A DNA stretch of 64,000 bases from Candidatus Uhrbacteria bacterium GW2011_GWE2_46_68 (GCA_001002765.1 LCMS01000004.1:68775-132774), one strand, 5' to 3'; positions 19,262-29,387 are shown, counted from the first letter of the stretch. Numbers and translations: made by a program. The notes: generated by a model not told the origin, from the sequence alone.

Positions 19262-20232
19262 AGTAAGGGGGGAGTCGGGAGTCGTCGTTTGACTCCAGCA
19301 AAGAGCGTGACGATGATGGCGCCGACTACGGTCAGAACAAGACCAATGTAGTGTCTTGATACAAGATGTTGGTGTGACATCGTAAAGAAGGAAAGGGGAA
19401 TCATTCCTATGCCTAAAGTGAAAAATGGTCCCAGACAATTGATACTTTGTGTGATAGGAATGGAGAGCGAATCTTCTGCCTTGTTAAAAAGGATATTTGC
19501 AATAGCCGTTGGCACGATTCCAAGGTATATCACAGCGATCCATTCCCTTGTGGTGAGCCATGGAGAAACACGATGCATTGATATATCGATAAGCACCCAA
19601 CACAGTGAGAAGATAACCGCGGCAGTGAAGGTACTGCGAACAGCATTTGCCGGATCGACATGAAACGTATTGCGATAACGTTTACGCACCGTTGCATCTA
19701 TAGAACTAAGAACGGTTGCACAAAGGCTAAACATTGTCACGGCATCCAGAGAATTTCCTTTCCATTCCCGCAACAAGTCAAGACGATAAAGGATGAGGCC
19801 AAACAAAGCGAGTGTCGTTCCTATCCAATAGGCTGACCATCTTTGGCAGGAATCTCCAGCAATGAAATATCCCACTATTGTTGTGAGGGGAGCACGGAGA
19901 ATCATGATAGCGATAACAGTAAGAGCTACTCCTGTCTGTTGTTGCTTGAGTGCGGTGAGCGTACAGGAGAATGAACAGCAATAGAGTAGAATGTCGGTTA
20001 GAAGCCACCTATAGCCACCTTGGTGCAGAGACTCTGTCCATTTCTGTTTCGGGTGGAAGAATGCCCAGCTGGCAAGGCAAGCAAAACAGGAAAACCAGAA
20101 GAAGCTCACACTTGCAGGAAGTCGCCGTGTTTCATTGGCAAAGACAAGATAGGCGCTGCTGAAGAATGCGACAGCCAGAAGAGCCAATCCAACACCACGT
20201 AAACGGTTGGAAACAAAAAGATTCGTTTTCAT
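19258..20232 (-). CDS. EamA/DMT-family membrane transporter (10 TM)
   Basis: Polytopic membrane protein with two repeated 5-TM halves. Start set at internal MKTNLF (ATG rc 20230-20232). Confidence 0.45.
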   Translation of the reverse strand: MKTNLFVSNRLRGVGLALLAVAFFSSAYLVFANETRRLPASVSFFWFSCFACLASWAFFHPKQKWTESLHQGGYRWLLTDILLYCCSFSCTLTALKQQQTGVALTVIAIMILRAPLTTIVGYFIAGDSCQRWSAYWIGTTLALFGLILYRLDLLREWKGNSLDAVTMFSLCATVLSSIDATVRKRYRNTFHVDPANAVRSTFTAAVIFSLCWVLIDISMHRVSPWLTTREWIAVIYLGIVPTAIANILFNKAEDSLSIPITQSINCLGPFFTLGIGMIPLSFFTMSHQHLVSRHYIGLVLTVVGAIIVTLFAGVKRRLPTPPLL

Positions 20233-20335
20233 GAAGTCACCTTTTTTTGGAAAGAACACCAAGGTCTTTGTAAATGTTAAGTGATCATTTGTCAATGAGG
20301 TTATAAAAATCGTAAACTATTCTTGGAGGAGTTCT

Positions 20336-21328
20336 ATGTCTTCATTTTCTCTCCCTTCCCATATCTGTCATCTCAAAGGTGTAAATCAAGATGGTCCTAC
20401 GGTGGTCATTTTGGGTGGCACCCATGGTGATGAACGAACGGGAGTTGTGCTTGTCAAACGTCTTTTAAGCGATCTTGATCTTTCCACCGAAATACCAAGT
20501 GGCGAACATCTTCGTGCAGATATCATCGGAAATCTCTATCTGGGTTTTGGAAATCCAAAAGCCATGGACATTGAGAATCGTATGGCTTCGGATCGACGAG
20601 ATTTGAATCGCTCTTTTCAAACAACCGATCTTTTCGATTCGTCCCAAATTTGGGAAGATCTTGAGCGTGCGCGTGAACTGGTTCCACTTTTCGTGCATAC
20701 GGATTATCTTTTCGATATTCACGCTACCAATTTTGATTCCCCACCTTTTGTGTGTTTTGGACATGATGATCCAGAACATCGCGAACTCTATCAGCATATT
20801 CCTGTACCCTTTGTGTTGACCGATCCAGATACACGACTATCCGCAGACATGGGACTCACGGAACTTGCGACCACAGATTATTTTGTAGATACCTTTGGAG
20901 GAAGCGCTTGGGGCGAGAAAAAATTCGGACGCAAGCGTGGAGTGGGGCTGTGTTATGAAACAGGACAGCAACAAGATTTGAGCCGTGTGGAAGCCGCACT
21001 TCGAACCATGCTTCAGCTTATGTTGCAAGTAGGAGCGATCACTTCGGAATTTTTGGAAGCGATTCATGAGACTCCTTCACATAATCCACCTGTGATGCCC
21101 AAAGTCCATGCTCTTACTACGGGAGAAATTACCAGAGATTGTCCATTTAGTTATGACCAGGGAATGAATCAAGGATGGGTGCCGATTACCAAAGGGACAC
21201 GGGTAGGAGTATATCAGGATGGACAAGAGGTTTTTGCAAAAGAAGATGGTATGCTCATCTTGCAGCGCGCGCCGGAGAAAATGATTCCCGGTCATCGCAT
21301 GTTTTTTGTGGCCAAAAGAATCGGTTAA
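20336..21328 (+). CDS. succinylglutamate desuccinylase/aspartoacylase family zinc hydrolase
   Basis: VVILGGTHGDERTGV matches the AstE/AspA zinc-binding motif (GGxHGNE). Confidence 0.65.
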   Translation: MSSFSLPSHICHLKGVNQDGPTVVILGGTHGDERTGVVLVKRLLSDLDLSTEIPSGEHLRADIIGNLYLGFGNPKAMDIENRMASDRRDLNRSFQTTDLFDSSQIWEDLERARELVPLFVHTDYLFDIHATNFDSPPFVCFGHDDPEHRELYQHIPVPFVLTDPDTRLSADMGLTELATTDYFVDTFGGSAWGEKKFGRKRGVGLCYETGQQQDLSRVEAALRTMLQLMLQVGAITSEFLEAIHETPSHNPPVMPKVHALTTGEITRDCPFSYDQGMNQGWVPITKGTRVGVYQDGQEVFAKEDGMLILQRAPEKMIPGHRMFFVAKRIG

Positions 21329-21610
21329 AACAGAAACGATATCCTCGGTGAGATCCGGGGATTTTTTTGTTGAAAAAGAAAAAGCCTTCTCAAAGGAGAA
21401 GGCCGCGTGGCTCGAGACGAGCGAAGGGGCGATGGGAAAAAGGACAAAAAAGCTCAGTGGCAGGAAGGCTCATGGCAGGAAGGGAAGGAACAGGGGCACA
21501 AGGACCAAAATGGTCCGTAGAGGAACGAGAGGATGGGAAGAGATCCTCTCACCGCAGTTGAGCTTGGGGGAAGAGGGTGTGAAACCCAGCGTGCGGTGAG
21601 GGGATGGGGG

Positions 21611-21687
21611 TGGCGGGCGTGACAGGAATCGAACCCGCAGCCTTCGGATTTGGAATCCGCTGCTCCACCTAATTGAGCTACACGCCC
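21611..21687 (-). tRNA. tRNA-Trp (CCA)
   Basis: Reverse complement folds as GGGCGTG-TA-GCTC-aattaggtg-GAGC-a-GCGGA-TTCCAAA-TCCGA-aggct-GCGGG-TTCGATT-CCTGT-CACGCCC-G-CCA. Anticodon CCA, discriminator G, encoded CCA end. Confidence 0.9.
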
Positions 21688-21808
21688 ACCAAAACGGAAA
21701 ACAAGGAAATGAACGTGCCAAAACAGTAGTCTTCCAGGTTTTTTTTGTCAACAGCTTTTGATCGTTTTTATTGCTTTTTCGCATAAAAAAAGGCATACTT
21801 TTTGGCAT

Positions 21809-24568
21809 ATGGCATCTTTACTTCAACGTCTTTTCGGAGATCCAAACGCAAAAGTGCTTACACAATTGCGTGAGGAAGTTGAGCGAATTAATGCCCTCGA
21901 ACCATACATTCAATCGCTTTCCGATGAGGGATTGAGGGATAAAACAAAGGAGTTTCAATCACGTCTTAGTCAAAAAGAAGATAAGGAATCCATGGTCCAT
22001 GAGGCGTTTGCAGTTGTGCGCGAAGCGGCTCGTCGTACCTTGGGGCAAAGGCATTTTGATGTACAGCTTATGGGAGGGTTGGTTTTGCATCGAGGAGGCA
22101 TTGCCGAAATGCGCACAGGAGAAGGAAAAACTCTGACTTCCACCGCACCTATTTATGTGAACGCGCTGACAGGGAAAGGCGTTCATGTCGTAACCGTCAA
22201 CGATTACCTCGCTCGTCGCGATACCGTCTGGATGGGTCAGATTTATCATGCCCTCGGACTTACCGTGGGATGTATTCAGCATGAAGGCGGGTTTGTCTAT
22301 GACCCGACGTTTTTACATGTACAAAAAACCGAAGAGGAAAAAGATACAGAGCGCGACACCACGGGTTCCTTCCGTGTTCAGACAGATTTTTTACGTCCGG
22401 TTTCTCGTCGTGAAGCCTACGAGACAGATGTCACGTATGGCACAAACAATGAATTCGGTTTTGATTATCTTCGTGACAACATGGCACCGGTTATGGAAGA
22501 GCGTGTCATGCGTGAACATCTTGCCTACGCGATTATCGATGAAGTGGATTCCATTTTGATTGATGAGGCACGCACTCCGCTTATCATTTCCGCTCCGGCG
22601 GAAGCGTCCAATCAGCTTTATCAGCAATTTGCGCAAATCGTTCGATCACTCACCGAAAATGAAGATTATAATATTGATGAGAAAATGCGTGCGGCAACGT
22701 TTACCGAATCCGGCATCGCCAAAATAGAAAAAGCACTGGGGATTGAAAATTTGTATGCGGTTGGAGGAAATAATTTACAACACTTTGCCGAGTCAGCGCT
22801 TCGCGCGCGCGCTCTCTATCAACGTGATGTACATTATGTGATTCGCGAGGGAGAGATCATGATTGTCGATGAGTTTACCGGACGCCTGATGCCTGGCCGA
22901 CGATTTTCCGAAGGTATCCATCAAGCGATTGAGGCTAAAGAAGGCGTGCAAGTTAAACGCGAAAGTCAAACGCTCGCCACGATCACATTTCAAAACTATT
23001 TTCGTATGTACGAGAAGCTCGCGGGTATGACCGGTACGGCCGTGACCGAAGCGGAAGAGTTTGGAAAAACCTATGGACTTGAGGTGACCGCCATTCCCAC
23101 GCACAAACCATCCACGCGTTTGGATCTTCCTGATCGTGTGTATAAAAACGAAACAGGAAAATTCAAAGCTGTGATTCGTGAGATTAAAGAACGCCAAACA
23201 AAAGGACAACCTGTGCTTGTAGGAACAATTTCCGTGGAAAAGAATGAATTGTTGAGTGCGCTATTGTTGCAAGCCGGAGTGAAACATGAAATTTTGAATG
23301 CGAAAAATCACGCGCGTGAAGCCGAGATTATTGCACAAGCCGGGCATCGAGGATCAGTCACGATCGCCACCAATATGGCCGGTCGTGGAGTGGACATTGT
23401 CCTTGGAGGAAACCCTGTAGATCCCAAAGAGGCGGAAGAAGTCAAAGCGCTTGGGGGGTTACATGTGATCGGCACCGAACGTCATGAGTCGCGTCGTATC
23501 GATAATCAATTACGCGGACGTTCTGCCCGTCAGGGTGATTCCGGTTCTACTCAATTTTATGTGTCCATGGAAGATGATGTGATGCGTATTTTTGGATCCG
23601 ATCGTGTCAAAGGCATTATGGATAAGCTTGGGATTCCCGATGATATGCCCATTGAAAACAGCATGGTCACTGGTTCGATCGAAAAAGCACAGCAGCGTGT
23701 GGAAGGGCATTACTTTGATATTCGTAAACACCTGCTTGAGTATGATGATGTGCTCAATAAACATCGCGAAGTTGTGTATGGTCGTCGTCGTCAGTTACTT
23801 GAGTTGTATCGTGATCAACCGATGGAACTTAAAGATCATCTTTTGCGTTTGATCGAAAACGAGGTGGAACAAGTGGTGTTGTTTCACACAGGAGAGGAGA
23901 TGCAGGAAGGAAAGGAAAAGAAGGTGGGGGATTGGAACCCCAAAGAAATTGTGGAGGTCGTGCATTCCATTGTGACATTGACCGATGCACAGCGTGATGC
24001 TCTTATGCAAATGAGTTTTGCACTTTCCAAAGATAAGTTAAACACGATTGAACAGCGTACGGCGATCATTGAACGTGTGATGGAACTTGTGCGTGAGGAA
24101 TACACCAAGGTGGAACAAGGATTTTCTGAGCCCACCATGTTGCCGAACATTACGCGCGCGGTGATGCTTCATTCAATTGATACATTATGGATTGATCATC
24201 TGGATGCTATGAGTCAGTTGCGCCAAGGGATTGGGCTTCGCGGATATGGTCAACAAGATCCGCTTGTAGAGTACAAGAAAGAATCGTATTTCATGTTCCA
24301 ACATTTGCTCACGAGCATTGACCATGAGATTGTTTATTTCTTTTTTAAGCAAGCCAAACACGCGCTGAACTATAAGATTCAACAAGAAATGGTGAACCGA
24401 TCATTGTTGCGGCGTATCGGGATGCAAATGAGTGGAGCCGTGAAAAAAGTCGGCGAACCGTCAGTGCCCGGTTCTGCCGGCGTGTCTGCCGAACCCAAAA
24501 TTGGCCGCAACGACCCCTGCCCCTGTGGATCTGGGAAGAAGTATAAGAAGTGTTGCGGGGAAGCATAA
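21809..24568 (+). CDS. secA: preprotein translocase ATPase SecA
   Basis: MASLLQRLFGDPNAKVL start (internal ATG of ORF 21758); DEAD motor motifs; C-terminal zinc finger CPCGSGKKYKKCCG. Confidence 0.9.
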   Translation: MASLLQRLFGDPNAKVLTQLREEVERINALEPYIQSLSDEGLRDKTKEFQSRLSQKEDKESMVHEAFAVVREAARRTLGQRHFDVQLMGGLVLHRGGIAEMRTGEGKTLTSTAPIYVNALTGKGVHVVTVNDYLARRDTVWMGQIYHALGLTVGCIQHEGGFVYDPTFLHVQKTEEEKDTERDTTGSFRVQTDFLRPVSRREAYETDVTYGTNNEFGFDYLRDNMAPVMEERVMREHLAYAIIDEVDSILIDEARTPLIISAPAEASNQLYQQFAQIVRSLTENEDYNIDEKMRAATFTESGIAKIEKALGIENLYAVGGNNLQHFAESALRARALYQRDVHYVIREGEIMIVDEFTGRLMPGRRFSEGIHQAIEAKEGVQVKRESQTLATITFQNYFRMYEKLAGMTGTAVTEAEEFGKTYGLEVTAIPTHKPSTRLDLPDRVYKNETGKFKAVIREIKERQTKGQPVLVGTISVEKNELLSALLLQAGVKHEILNAKNHAREAEIIAQAGHRGSVTIATNMAGRGVDIVLGGNPVDPKEAEEVKALGGLHVIGTERHESRRIDNQLRGRSARQGDSGSTQFYVSMEDDVMRIFGSDRVKGIMDKLGIPDDMPIENSMVTGSIEKAQQRVEGHYFDIRKHLLEYDDVLNKHREVVYGRRRQLLELYRDQPMELKDHLLRLIENEVEQVVLFHTGEEMQEGKEKKVGDWNPKEIVEVVHSIVTLTDAQRDALMQMSFALSKDKLNTIEQRTAIIERVMELVREEYTKVEQGFSEPTMLPNITRAVMLHSIDTLWIDHLDAMSQLRQGIGLRGYGQQDPLVEYKKESYFMFQHLLTSIDHEIVYFFFKQAKHALNYKIQQEMVNRSLLRRIGMQMSGAVKKVGEPSVPGSAGVSAEPKIGRNDPCPCGSGKKYKKCCGEA

Positions 24569-24576
24569 TAAGGAAT

Positions 24577-25080
24577 ATGCGAAAAAAGGAAAATAATTTC
24601 GCTTTCATTGATAGTCAGAATTTGAATCTTAGTATTCGCGCTCAAGGTTGGAAATTAGATTTCAAACGTTTCCGAACATATTTACTCGATAAATATAACG
24701 TGAAAAAGGCATATCTCTTTATTGGTTATATTAGTGGAAATCAGGCGCTGTATGCAACGCTGCAAGACGCAGGTTTTACTTGTATATTCAAGCCAACATT
24801 ACAATACAAGGACGGGACGACCAAAGGGAATTGTGATGCAGAACTTGTTCTTTGGTCCATGATCGATTTTTTTCAATATGAAAAAGCGGTGATCGTCACG
24901 GGCGATGGCGATTTCCATTGCCTCATCGATTATCTGTTAAAACAAGAGAAACTCAAATGTGTCTTGATTCCAGATCGAAATCGATTTTCAGGATTGTTAA
25001 AGCTTAAGCAATTCCGTCCCAACCTTCGATACATGAATGATTTACAAGGAAGACTCTCAAAAAAAGAAAAGGCCCTATAA
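24577..25080 (+). CDS. NYN domain (LabA-like) predicted RNase
   Basis: FAFIDSQNL...AYLFIGY...VIVTGDGDF...IPD matches the NYN/PIN-like nuclease signature. Confidence 0.6.
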   Translation: MRKKENNFAFIDSQNLNLSIRAQGWKLDFKRFRTYLLDKYNVKKAYLFIGYISGNQALYATLQDAGFTCIFKPTLQYKDGTTKGNCDAELVLWSMIDFFQYEKAVIVTGDGDFHCLIDYLLKQEKLKCVLIPDRNRFSGLLKLKQFRPNLRYMNDLQGRLSKKEKAL

Positions 25081-25134
25081 GGACGGAACCTTAGAGGGCT
25101 TGTTTTCCATTGGTGATATCTGAATAATATCAAG

Positions 25135-25488
25135 TTGTACCGACTTTTGTCAATTTTTCATCTTCGTATGCTCAAAACACATTCTTCCACAGTTTATCAT
25201 GTTGTGTTTGTTCTTGTGTGCGGTTTTTTGTTCACTCTTTTTGCCTCGTTCGTTCCTGTTGGAACAGAATGGGCACTGACAGGATTTTGTGACGATGGAT
25301 GTTTTGAAAAGATGACAAAGCTGGGATTTCCTTTTGTTGTTTTTCACCCCGACGGTCTTAATTCGGTTTCATGGTTTTTTTCCGAATGGGCATTTGTTGC
25401 AAATTTTATCCTTTTTGTTTGCGTTGTCCACACGGTTATCTCTCTTATTGCCTACGGAATCAAACAAATAAGTCAGAAGAAAATATGA
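25135..25488 (+). CDS. small membrane protein (3 TM), hypothetical
   Basis: Hydrophobic 117-aa ORF; ATGA overlap with the next ORF. Confidence 0.3.
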   Translation: MYRLLSIFHLRMLKTHSSTVYHVVFVLVCGFLFTLFASFVPVGTEWALTGFCDDGCFEKMTKLGFPFVVFHPDGLNSVSWFFSEWAFVANFILFVCVVHTVISLIAYGIKQISQKKI

Positions 25489-25958
25489 GAAAAATATTAT
25501 CACGGTGTTTATTTATTTTTTTAGCAGCACTCATTCTTGTTGTACTGGCCGCATTTTTTCCATGGCCGGGCACATATTCTTTTGAAGGAGCTTGGCGCTA
25601 CGATGCAAGTGAGAATCGTTATTGTTCGGGAGATCGCATCTATCTTTCTTTTAGAGATGAAACATTTTTTTATCGTGTGTCAGATGGCGGAACAAGCCCT
25701 TGCAGTTTTTTGTCAACAAATCCATTAGCCATTCCTTATGTCCTCAATTCTCAATCAGAAGAGAAGGAAGGACCTTCCACCTATGTCCTTACTTTGGATG
25801 CAATGGATGTACCTTCGCCGCTGGAATTAACTTTTTGGCCTGGTAGCGATTCACTTAATGTTTTCGGTTGCTCTTTTAAAAGGCTTACTCTTTTGGAAGA
25901 AATTTTGATAAAAATTTTGCCCACGACCCTTGGAGGGGCCATGATTTTTACGCCGTAA
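25485..25958 (+). CDS. secreted hypothetical protein
   Basis: Start at MRKILSRCLFIFLAALILVVLAAF (signal peptide/TM), internal ATG of ORF 25371. Confidence 0.35.
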   Translation: MRKILSRCLFIFLAALILVVLAAFFPWPGTYSFEGAWRYDASENRYCSGDRIYLSFRDETFFYRVSDGGTSPCSFLSTNPLAIPYVLNSQSEEKEGPSTYVLTLDAMDVPSPLELTFWPGSDSLNVFGCSFKRLTLLEEILIKILPTTLGGAMIFTP

Positions 25959-25988
25959 TTTTTATAGAAAGAAAATGGAAAATGATCT

Positions 25989-26354
25989 ATGGAAGAATCC
26001 GCATCGTTTCAATTAGCTAAACAATTTTTGGGAAAAGAGGTAGAGGTTTTGATGGATAGGCCTTTGGGCAGTCTTCACCCAAAATACGGTTTTGTGTATG
26101 AGGCGAACTATGGATATCTTCAGGGGGTAAAGGCTCCGGATGGTGAAGATTTGGATGCGTATTATTTGGGAGTGGACCAACCGATAGAAAAAGGGAAAGG
26201 GATTGTCAGAGCGATCATTCATCGTTTGGAAGATGATGACGATAAACTGGTTGTTTTTCCCGAAGGGGTTACCATGACGGACGAAGAAATAGAAAAAGCG
26301 GTCGCGTTTCAAGAACAATATTTTATACACGAGATTTTAAGAGATCATTCATAA
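25989..26354 (+). CDS. short inorganic pyrophosphatase-like protein
   Basis: YEANYGYLQGVKAPDGEDLDAYYLG resembles the family I PPase core (Y.NYGFIP.T...DGDPLD), but 121 aa is shorter than canonical Ppa. Confidence 0.4.
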   Translation: MEESASFQLAKQFLGKEVEVLMDRPLGSLHPKYGFVYEANYGYLQGVKAPDGEDLDAYYLGVDQPIEKGKGIVRAIIHRLEDDDDKLVVFPEGVTMTDEEIEKAVAFQEQYFIHEILRDHS

Positions 26355-26355
26355 T

Positions 26356-26682
26356 ATGTCCCTTACTCCAGATCAAGAATGCGCGTTGATCGCCGCAGCA
26401 GAGGAAGGCGTGCGACATGCGTATACCGAGCATCAAAGCCCGGATGATTTTCGTATTGGCGCTGCTGTTCTTGCAGAGAAAGGTCATATTTTTTCCTCGG
26501 GTCAATATCGATCGGATAGCGGATCACTCACCCTTCATGCCGAGCAATGTGCGCTTGCCTATGCCTCTGCACATGGAGAATATGGTATCGTTGCGCTTGC
26601 AGTGACGTGGAACGAAAAGGCCGCTTCAAAAAGCGAAGGGGAGTCCATATATCCTTGTCACATGTGTAAGCAACTTTTATGA
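26356..26682 (+). CDS. cytidine/deoxycytidylate deaminase family protein, C-terminally truncated duplicate
   Basis: HAEQCAL...PCHMCKQLL zinc-binding motifs. About 95% nt identity to 27703-28030, but the stop falls right after CKQLL, where the inserted gene begins. Confidence 0.6.
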   Translation: MSLTPDQECALIAAAEEGVRHAYTEHQSPDDFRIGAAVLAEKGHIFSSGQYRSDSGSLTLHAEQCALAYASAHGEYGIVALAVTWNEKAASKSEGESIYPCHMCKQLL

Positions 26683-27659
26683 AAAATTCTTATAATAAAA
26701 TTTTGATTATTTTTAGCGGTTTAGTGGTTTTAGGTTGTTTGTTTTTTGTCGGTTCGGCTTATTTTTTACCGTCCGCTTCTCAGGCCGACATCCAGACAGT
26801 TCCGGCCATTCTTTATTTAACCACTATGACCCATTTAGAAGACGCTTGGGGAGAGGCGGCCACGCAAGAAATGTATTTTAAGAGGGTGGCCGAGGAAGTG
26901 CGTTATGGAATGGATTTGGCCGAAGACTATGACGCTATTTTGACTATTGAAACCGGTCTGCCGTTTGCCGAAGGGTGTGTTAATTTTAATGATAATGTTA
27001 TGGCCGAAGTTTTAGAACGAGGTCATGGAGTTGGTGTTCATCCTGATTTGCCGGCTAAAAAAGTTTTACCAATCGAATTAGCGACCGATTTTATTAAAAA
27101 ACGGATCGACGCCTTAAAAAATCTGGTTGACACTGATATTATCGGTTGTTCTGGGGTTAGTGCAAAATCCGATTGGTATACCGCCAGTCTTCAAGCCGGT
27201 TGTAGTTTTGTTGATGGGACGGTGGCTTTCGCTTATCTTTCCATGCCCATGGCCCCGCTTGGTGACGAACGCTTTTATCCTTTTTGGATAAATTCATGCG
27301 AAGATTTTGTTCCAGACGAAGACGGTGATTTACTTTTGGGTTCCGGAGAAACTTTTAGTCTTGCCATGTATGCCGAGATCGGTGATCGTAACGGTGTCCA
27401 CCCGGAGTGTGGCAACGAATGCCCTCTAACGACGGACGACGTCGAAATTTTTGTCAGAGAAATTACCGATTTTGCCAACGGTCGTGATACGGCGAGAATC
27501 GCAAAATTTAATGTGTACTTTCCGGCGAATCTTTTTGTCCCGGAAAATAAAAAAGTTTTAGAGCTTTTTTTCAAAGAAGCTCAAAAATTACAAAACAGCG
27601 GAGTTCTTCAATGGGCCAGTCAGGCCAAAATTTATGAAGTCATGGTAGCTGACAGATAG
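26679..27659 (+). CDS. exported hypothetical protein (compositionally atypical; possible NodB/deacetylase-like)
   Basis: N-terminal TM/signal. Codon usage (CCG, GCC, TTA, GGT rich) differs from neighbours. HGVGVHP and KSDWY weakly recall polysaccharide deacetylase motifs. Confidence 0.45.
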   Translation: MKNSYNKILIIFSGLVVLGCLFFVGSAYFLPSASQADIQTVPAILYLTTMTHLEDAWGEAATQEMYFKRVAEEVRYGMDLAEDYDAILTIETGLPFAEGCVNFNDNVMAEVLERGHGVGVHPDLPAKKVLPIELATDFIKKRIDALKNLVDTDIIGCSGVSAKSDWYTASLQAGCSFVDGTVAFAYLSMPMAPLGDERFYPFWINSCEDFVPDEDGDLLLGSGETFSLAMYAEIGDRNGVHPECGNECPLTTDDVEIFVREITDFANGRDTARIAKFNVYFPANLFVPENKKVLELFFKEAQKLQNSGVLQWASQAKIYEVMVADR

Positions 27660-27702
27660 AAAATTTTAAGATGCAGATAAAAATCATAGAGGAATTCATG
27701 AT

Positions 27703-28143
27703 ATGTCTCTTACTTCAGATCAAAAACTCGCACTGATTGCTGCGGCAGAGGAAGGCGTGCGACATGCGTATACCGAGCATCAAAGCCCGGATGATTTTCG
27801 TATTGGCGCTGCTGTTCTTACAGAGAAAGGTCATATTTTTTCCTCGGGTCAATATCGATCGGATAGCGGATCACTCACCCTTCATGCTGAGCAATGTGCG
27901 CTTGCCCATGCCTCTGCACATGGAGAATATGGCATTGTTGCGCTTGCGGTGACGTGGAACGAAAAGGCCGCTTCAAAAAGCGAAGGGGAGTCCATATATC
28001 CCTGTCACATGTGCAAGCAACTTTTGTGGGAAAGTCATTTGCATTCAGGATTGGATATGGAAATTTTGATTGTGGAGAAGGGGGAAGTTCTGGAACAGAT
28101 CCATTTACAAAAACTTGTCGGCGACTACACCTGGCCGAAATAA
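27703..28143 (+). CDS. cdd: cytidine deaminase (full length)
   Basis: 146 aa; H-A-E and PCxxC zinc ligands; full-length copy of the duplicated gene. Confidence 0.7.
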   Translation: MSLTSDQKLALIAAAEEGVRHAYTEHQSPDDFRIGAAVLTEKGHIFSSGQYRSDSGSLTLHAEQCALAHASAHGEYGIVALAVTWNEKAASKSEGESIYPCHMCKQLLWESHLHSGLDMEILIVEKGEVLEQIHLQKLVGDYTWPK

Positions 28144-28158
28144 CAACACCAATTTTTT

Positions 28159-28692
28159 ATGGATCCACTTTCATGGAAAGAATTGTCACGCGAGATTGCC
28201 TATAGTGGGCCTCGAGAAAAAATTATTGAGAAAGTGATGTACGAACTTCCCAACGGTAAGGTATCAGATTTTTATCTTCGTCGCGTAAAAAATACGGTCG
28301 TTGTCCTGGCGCTTACCACGGATCATCAGGTTGTTTTGGCCAAACAATTTCGTCCGGGGAAAAAGAGAGTTTTATTGGAGCTTCCCGGTGGTAGTATCGA
28401 GGAAGGACAAACACCGGAGCAAGCCATTCATCACGAGCTTTTGCAAGAGACGGGTTATGAGGGAAACCTTCACTTTGTGGCAGAATCTTTGCGCGACGGA
28501 TATTCAAACTGGATCTCCTATTGTTTTGTCGCTACAGATTGTAAAAAAGTTTCCGCACAACAACTTGATCCGCATGAATGTATTGACGTGACTCTTTTAT
28601 CTTTGGAGGATTTTAAAAAACTCGTCCGTTCTGGCCAAATGACAGACATTGATGCGGCGATGCTGGGTTTGGATTATCTGGAATTGCTGTAA
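28159..28692 (+). CDS. NUDIX hydrolase
   Basis: Nudix box PGGSIEEGQTPEQAIHHELLQETGYE. Confidence 0.75.
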   Translation: MDPLSWKELSREIAYSGPREKIIEKVMYELPNGKVSDFYLRRVKNTVVVLALTTDHQVVLAKQFRPGKKRVLLELPGGSIEEGQTPEQAIHHELLQETGYEGNLHFVAESLRDGYSNWISYCFVATDCKKVSAQQLDPHECIDVTLLSLEDFKKLVRSGQMTDIDAAMLGLDYLELL

Positions 28693-28746
28693 GAATGAGA
28701 TAAGCTTTTCTGCTATACTATTCTCAAGACTCCTTATTCTTTTTTT

Positions 28747-28962
28747 ATGATCGAGCCAGGGATTTACAAACATTACAAAGGCAATGAATATCAAGTCCTT
28801 GGGGTGGCGAAACATTCCGAGACGCTTGAGGAATTAGTGGTGTATCAGGCGCTCTACGGCAGCGAGGAGATGTGGGTGCGTCCATCGGCGATGTTTGAAG
28901 AACAGGTGGAATGGAATGGAAAGCGTGTGCCAAGATTTCAATGGGTCGGACGCGGAGTGTAA
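28747..28962 (+). CDS. DUF1653 domain protein
   Basis: YKHYKGNEYQVLGVAKHSETLEELVVY...WVRPSAMF matches the DUF1653 signature. TGCTATACT extended -10 lies ~25 nt upstream. Confidence 0.55.
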   Translation: MIEPGIYKHYKGNEYQVLGVAKHSETLEELVVYQALYGSEEMWVRPSAMFEEQVEWNGKRVPRFQWVGRGV

Positions 28963-28964
28963 CT

Positions 28965-29387
28965 ATGTCTGATTCTCACGCAACATTTTCCGCCGGAGGA
29001 GTGGTTCTTAATGTGCAAGGGCAGATTTTAGTGGTGAATCAAAAACATAATTCTTGGTCTTTGCCCAAAGGTCACATTGATCCAGGAGAAACTCTCATAG
29101 CTGCAGCGAAGCGGGAAATTTACGAAGAGTCCGGTCTTTGCGATCTGGTGATGATACGAGAACTCGGAACGTATCAGCGTTTCAAAATCGGCAAAGATGG
29201 AGTAGGGGAAGATCAAAGCGAATGGAAAACGATCACCTTCTTTTTATTTCGTACATCAGAACAAAACCTCGTTCCTGTGGATCCTGAAAATCCTGAAGCG
29301 CGATGGGTGAATAAAGAAGATGTGGTTGTTCTCCTCACTCATCCCAAAGACAAAGAATTTTTCTTGAAGATCAAAGAAACAATATGA
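28965..29387 (+). CDS. NUDIX hydrolase
   Basis: Nudix box LPKGHIDPGETLIAAAKREIYEESGL. Start ATG 28965 follows the upstream TAA. Confidence 0.75.
   Translation: MSDSHATFSAGGVVLNVQGQILVVNQKHNSWSLPKGHIDPGETLIAAAKREIYEESGLCDLVMIRELGTYQRFKIGKDGVGEDQSEWKTITFFLFRTSEQNLVPVDPENPEARWVNKEDVVVLLTHPKDKEFFLKIKETI

Noticed and set aside
21306-21599. Basic 97-aa and 64-aa + strand ORFs
   Set aside because: Products of a purine-rich low-complexity tract (poly-Lys/Arg/Gly/Glu codons); no protein-like features.
21758-21808. N-terminal 17 codons of the secA track ORF (MIVFIAFSHKKRHTFWH)
   Set aside because: The canonical SecA N-terminus (MASLLQRLFGD) starts at the internal ATG 21809.
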